Shown one piece after another: positions 60,619-64,000 of a stretch of 64,000 nt of DNA. A model generated the notes under the pieces. The model saw only the letters and a program-made list of their open reading frames with translations. It ran no database searches and had not been told where the DNA came from. Within the stretch, counting starts at the first letter, position 1, and each line of letters begins with the position of its first letter. A program made the translations under genes and the position numbers. The stretch comes from Caldisericaceae bacterium (GTDB lineage: Bacteria; Caldisericota; Caldisericia; Caldisericales; Caldisericaceae), in NCBI GenBank assembly GCA_049967855.1, contig JBMFRX010000001.1, forward strand, positions 118,111-182,110, in the 5' to 3' direction.

Positions 60619-61008
60619 ATGCCTACTTTTAATCAGTTAATTAAAAACCCGCGGGTTACTAAGAAGGAAAAGACGAAAACGCCTGCCCTTCAGGAATCTC
60701 CGCAAAAAAGGGGTGTTTGCATTCAGGTGCGTACTATGACCCCTAAGAAGCCTAATTCTGCTTTAAGAAAAATTGCAAAGGTTAGGCTGACCAATGGGCA
60801 AGAGGTTATTGCTTATATTGGTGGTATTGGACACAACTTGCAAGAGCACTCAATGGTTCTTGTGAGGGGCGGAAGGGTCAAGGACTTACCCGGTGTTAGA
60901 TATCATATTGTTCGTGGCGCATTGGATGCTGCAGGTGTTACTGATAGGATGCGCGGGCGTTCAAAATATGGTACAAAGAGACCAAAAGCTAGCAAAGGAG
61001 GTGCATAA
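60619..61008 (+). CDS. rpsL: 30S ribosomal protein S12
   Basis: [27 protein letters not shown]. Confidence 0.99.
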   Translation: MPTFNQLIKNPRVTKKEKTKTPALQESPQKRGVCIQVRTMTPKKPNSALRKIAKVRLTNGQEVIAYIGGIGHNLQEHSMVLVRGGRVKDLPGVRYHIVRGALDAAGVTDRMRGRSKYGTKRPKASKGGA

Positions 61009-61478
61009 TGCCTCGAAAAGGACCAGTGCAACCGAGATTGGTTGAAAAAGACCCTGTATTTGGAGACGTTATGATTTCCAAACTTGTGAACAACGTAATG
61101 GTTGGAGGTAAAAAAAGTGTTGCAGAGAAGATTGTTTATGGTGCGCTCGAGATTGTCAAAGAGAAGACAAAGAAAGATCCAATGGAGATTTTTAGCAGTG
61201 CTCTTGAAAAAGTAAGACCACTCGTTCAGGTTAAGCCTAGAAGGGTAGGAGGAGCTACTTATCAGATTCCTATTGAGATAGAGAAGGATAGAGGACAGAA
61301 AGTTGCTTTGAAGTGGATAATTAAAGCTGCAAAAGCTCGCAAAGGAAAACCTATGAGAGACAAGCTTGCCGAGGAAATCATTGATGCATCAAATGAAGCC
61401 GGGGCAGCTTACAAGAAGAAAGTAGATCTGCATAAAATGGCTGAAGCCAACAAATCATATGCACATCTAAGATGGTAG
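61008..61478 (+). CDS. rpsG: 30S ribosomal protein S7
   Basis: MPRKG, RRVGGATYQIP, HKMAEANK.YAH.RW. Confidence 0.99.
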   Translation: MPRKGPVQPRLVEKDPVFGDVMISKLVNNVMVGGKKSVAEKIVYGALEIVKEKTKKDPMEIFSSALEKVRPLVQVKPRRVGGATYQIPIEIEKDRGQKVALKWIIKAAKARKGKPMRDKLAEEIIDASNEAGAAYKKKVDLHKMAEANKSYAHLRW

Positions 61479-61489
61479 AGGTGTATTAA

Positions 61490-63568
61490 TTGAATTCTAT
61501 TGAACAACTTACCCGCATCAGGAATATTGGCATTATTGCTCATATTGATGCAGGTAAGACAACTACCACCGAGAGAATCTTGTACTATACAGGTACCACA
61601 TACAGAATCGGTAATGTCGATGAAGGAAACACTGTTATGGATTGGATGGTGCAAGAACGTGAGCGTGGAATTACAATTACTTCTGCTGTTACGACCTGTT
61701 TTTGGCGTGATCATCAAATTAATATTATCGATACGCCCGGCCATGTTGACTTCACTGCAGAGGTTGAACGCTCGCTTCGTGTGCTTGATGGGGCTGTTGT
61801 TATTTTTTCTGCGGTTGAAGGAGTTGAGGCTCAATCAGAGGCAGTTTGGCGGCAGGCTGACAGACACCGTGTTCCAAGACTTATTTACATAAATAAGATG
61901 GACAGGCTTGGCGCTTCTTTTGACGATGCTGTTAAAAGTATCAGAGAAAGGCTTAACGCGAAACCGCTTGTTCTCCAGATGCCTATAGGAGAAGAGGAAG
62001 GTTTCATTGGTGTTATAGACTTGATTGCGATGAAAGCTTTTTACTTCAGAGACCCCACCGGTGAAACATTTGACGTAGAGGATATCCCTGAGGATCTTCT
62101 TGAAAAGGCTATTGCAAGAAAGAATGAGCTTTTTGAAGCTGTTGCCGATGTTGATGAAGAGGCTTTGAAGAATTATCTTGAAACTGAGAAAGTGCCCGAT
62201 AACATTCTGAAGGAAGCAGTGAGAAGAGCAACTGTTTCGGACATTGCTTACCCTGTTTTTGTTGGCTCTTCATTCAAAAATAAAGGCATACAGATGCTTC
62301 TTGACGGGGTTTGCGATTACTTGCCTTCCCCAATTGATAAGGAAGAAGTTATCGCTACAAATAAAGAAGGACAGACTGTAAAATTAACTGCTGACCCTGA
62401 CGGGCCACTTGCAGCTCTTGTGTTCAAGGTAATGGCTGATCCATATGCTGGAATTCTAAGCTTTGTGAGGGTTTATTCTGGCAGGCTCGAGAAAGGGAGT
62501 TATGTGTTGGATGCTACTACTGGTGATAAACAGAGGATATCGAGACTGCTCAAGTTACACGCCAACAAAAAGGAGGATGTTGAAAGCATTGATGCAGGAG
62601 ACCTTGGAGCAATCGTAGGCGTTAAAGAGGCTTACACTGGACACACTATTTCTAGCGTTTCTGAGCCACTGACTCTCGAGAATATAGACTTTCCCGAACC
62701 TGTTGTTTCGGTTTCAATTGAAACAAAAACAAGAGCTGACCAGGACAGACTTGATGCTGCGCTTGCAAAGTTTGCGATTGAAGACCCAACTTTCAAGATT
62801 AAGTTCGATGAGGAAACTTCGGAAACTATTATTTCTGGAATGGGAGAATTGCATCTTGAAATAATAGTTGATAGATTGTTCAGAGAGTACAATGTCGAAG
62901 CTAAAGTCGGAAAACCTCAGGTTGCCTACAAAGAAGCTATTTCAAAGCAGTCAAAAGCAGAAGGCAGGTATATAAGACAAACGGGTGGCCATGGGCAGTA
63001 TGGACATGTTGTGTTTGTTGTTTCTCCTCTTGAATTGGGAAAGGGAGTTGTTTTTGAAGATAAGACGAAAGGTGGCGTAGTACCAAGAGATTTTATGAAT
63101 GCCATTAAAGAAGGAGTAATTATGGCTTCTGAGTCAGGACCACTGCTTGGTTATCAAATGGAAGACATCCTTGTAGAGCTAATTGACGGATCATATCACC
63201 CAGTTGATTCTTCTGAATTGGCTTTTAGAATTGCAGCTTCAAAGGCGTTTAAAGATGCTGTATCAAAAGCAAGCCCATATTTGCTTGAGCCTATTATGGA
63301 CGTAGAAATTGTGACTCCAATGAGCTTTCTTGGAGAAGTAATTAATAGCATTAACTCGAGAAGGGGAAACGTAAAGAGTATTAACGAAAGAGGAAATACA
63401 TCGATTATACAGGCTTATATTCCACTTGCTACGATGTTTGGTTATACTACTGCCCTGAGGACAATTACTCAAGGGAGAGGCTCTTTTTCTATGATTTTTT
63501 ATAAATATGATAAAGTCCCTTCCTCTGTTCAGGAAGAAATACTTAAAAAGGAAAGGGGAGAAATTTAA
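61490..63568 (+). CDS. fusA: Elongation factor G
   Basis: [34 protein letters not shown]; str operon position. Confidence 0.98.
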   Translation: MNSIEQLTRIRNIGIIAHIDAGKTTTTERILYYTGTTYRIGNVDEGNTVMDWMVQERERGITITSAVTTCFWRDHQINIIDTPGHVDFTAEVERSLRVLDGAVVIFSAVEGVEAQSEAVWRQADRHRVPRLIYINKMDRLGASFDDAVKSIRERLNAKPLVLQMPIGEEEGFIGVIDLIAMKAFYFRDPTGETFDVEDIPEDLLEKAIARKNELFEAVADVDEEALKNYLETEKVPDNILKEAVRRATVSDIAYPVFVGSSFKNKGIQMLLDGVCDYLPSPIDKEEVIATNKEGQTVKLTADPDGPLAALVFKVMADPYAGILSFVRVYSGRLEKGSYVLDATTGDKQRISRLLKLHANKKEDVESIDAGDLGAIVGVKEAYTGHTISSVSEPLTLENIDFPEPVVSVSIETKTRADQDRLDAALAKFAIEDPTFKIKFDEETSETIISGMGELHLEIIVDRLFREYNVEAKVGKPQVAYKEAISKQSKAEGRYIRQTGGHGQYGHVVFVVSPLELGKGVVFEDKTKGGVVPRDFMNAIKEGVIMASESGPLLGYQMEDILVELIDGSYHPVDSSELAFRIAASKAFKDAVSKASPYLLEPIMDVEIVTPMSFLGEVINSINSRRGNVKSINERGNTSIIQAYIPLATMFGYTTALRTITQGRGSFSMIFYKYDKVPSSVQEEILKKERGEI

Positions 63569-63578
63569 GGAGGTTATT

Positions 63579-64000
63579 ATGGCAGCAAAAGAGAAGTTTG
63601 AAAGAACTAAGCCGCACGTGAACGTAGGAACCATTGGCCACATTGACCATGGCAAGACTACCCTTACAGCAGCTATCACTAAAGTACTTGCAACCCTCGG
63701 ACATACAGAGGTAAAAAAGTATGATGAAATTGACAATGCACCAGAAGAGAAAGCACGAGGAGTAACTATTAATGCTCACCATGCTGAGTATGAAACAGAG
63801 AAGAGACACTATGCTCATATTGATTGTCCAGGTCATGCTGACTACATCAAGAATATGATTACAGGTGCAGCTCAAATGGATGGAGCAATACTTGTTGTTG
63901 CAGCAACTGATGGACCTATGCCTCAAACAAGAGAACATATCCTTCTTGCTCGTCAGGTAAACGTACCAAGGATTGTAGTCTTCATTAACAAAGTTGATAT
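63579..64000 (+). CDS. tuf: Elongation factor Tu, N-terminal part (runs off window; absent from the ORF track)
   Basis: Own translation from ATG 63579 after [35 protein letters not shown]...[21 protein letters not shown]...NKVD. Confidence 0.98.
   Translation, partial: MAAKEKFERTKPHVNVGTIGHIDHGKTTLTAAITKVLATLGHTEVKKYDEIDNAPEEKARGVTINAHHAEYETEKRHYAHIDCPGHADYIKNMITGAAQMDGAILVVAATDGPMPQTREHILLARQVNVPRIVVFINKVD

Noticed and set aside
63263..63938. Minus-strand ORFs of 157 and 131 aa
   Set aside because: Antisense shadows of fusA and tuf.

Overview
A gene-dense, AT-rich, almost entirely + strand core-genome window from an anaerobic bacterium. The gene style suggests a deep-branching lineage such as Caldisericota, but this is inference and was not verified. 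In order: (1) a formate dehydrogenase locus (partial NuoF-like, NuoE-like, second NuoF-like, Cys-type FdhF, FNT transporter, MobA, degenerate FdhD); (2) a lone minus-strand amidase_6-type protein divergent from a dcw cluster lacking mraZ (rsmH to ftsZ); (3) an ECF sigma factor and partner, then an SLH-anchored oligopeptide ABC transporter; (4) tRNA-Ile2(CAT), a C4 zinc-ribbon protein, RNase P RNA and two tRNA-Pro; (5) a basic amino acid decarboxylase, a complete V/A-type ATPase operon with a Na+-type K ring, NUDIX, a XerD-like protein, acyltransferase, GT2, EndoQ-like nuclease and moaAC; (6) rpoB, an EF-G paralogue, rpoC, rpsL, rpsG, fusA and a partial tuf. I found no CRISPR array, IS, prophage or defence island. 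The unusual points lie inside housekeeping genes: a full-length XerD-like protein lacking most catalytic residues, an EF-G paralogue splitting rpoB from rpoC, repeated-module insertions in both large RNAP subunits, an FDH complex with two different flavin subunits and Cys-less accessory domains, an RNase P RNA without P18, and promoters sharing 16-bp spacers. All protein calls come from motif recognition by eye; no database search was run.
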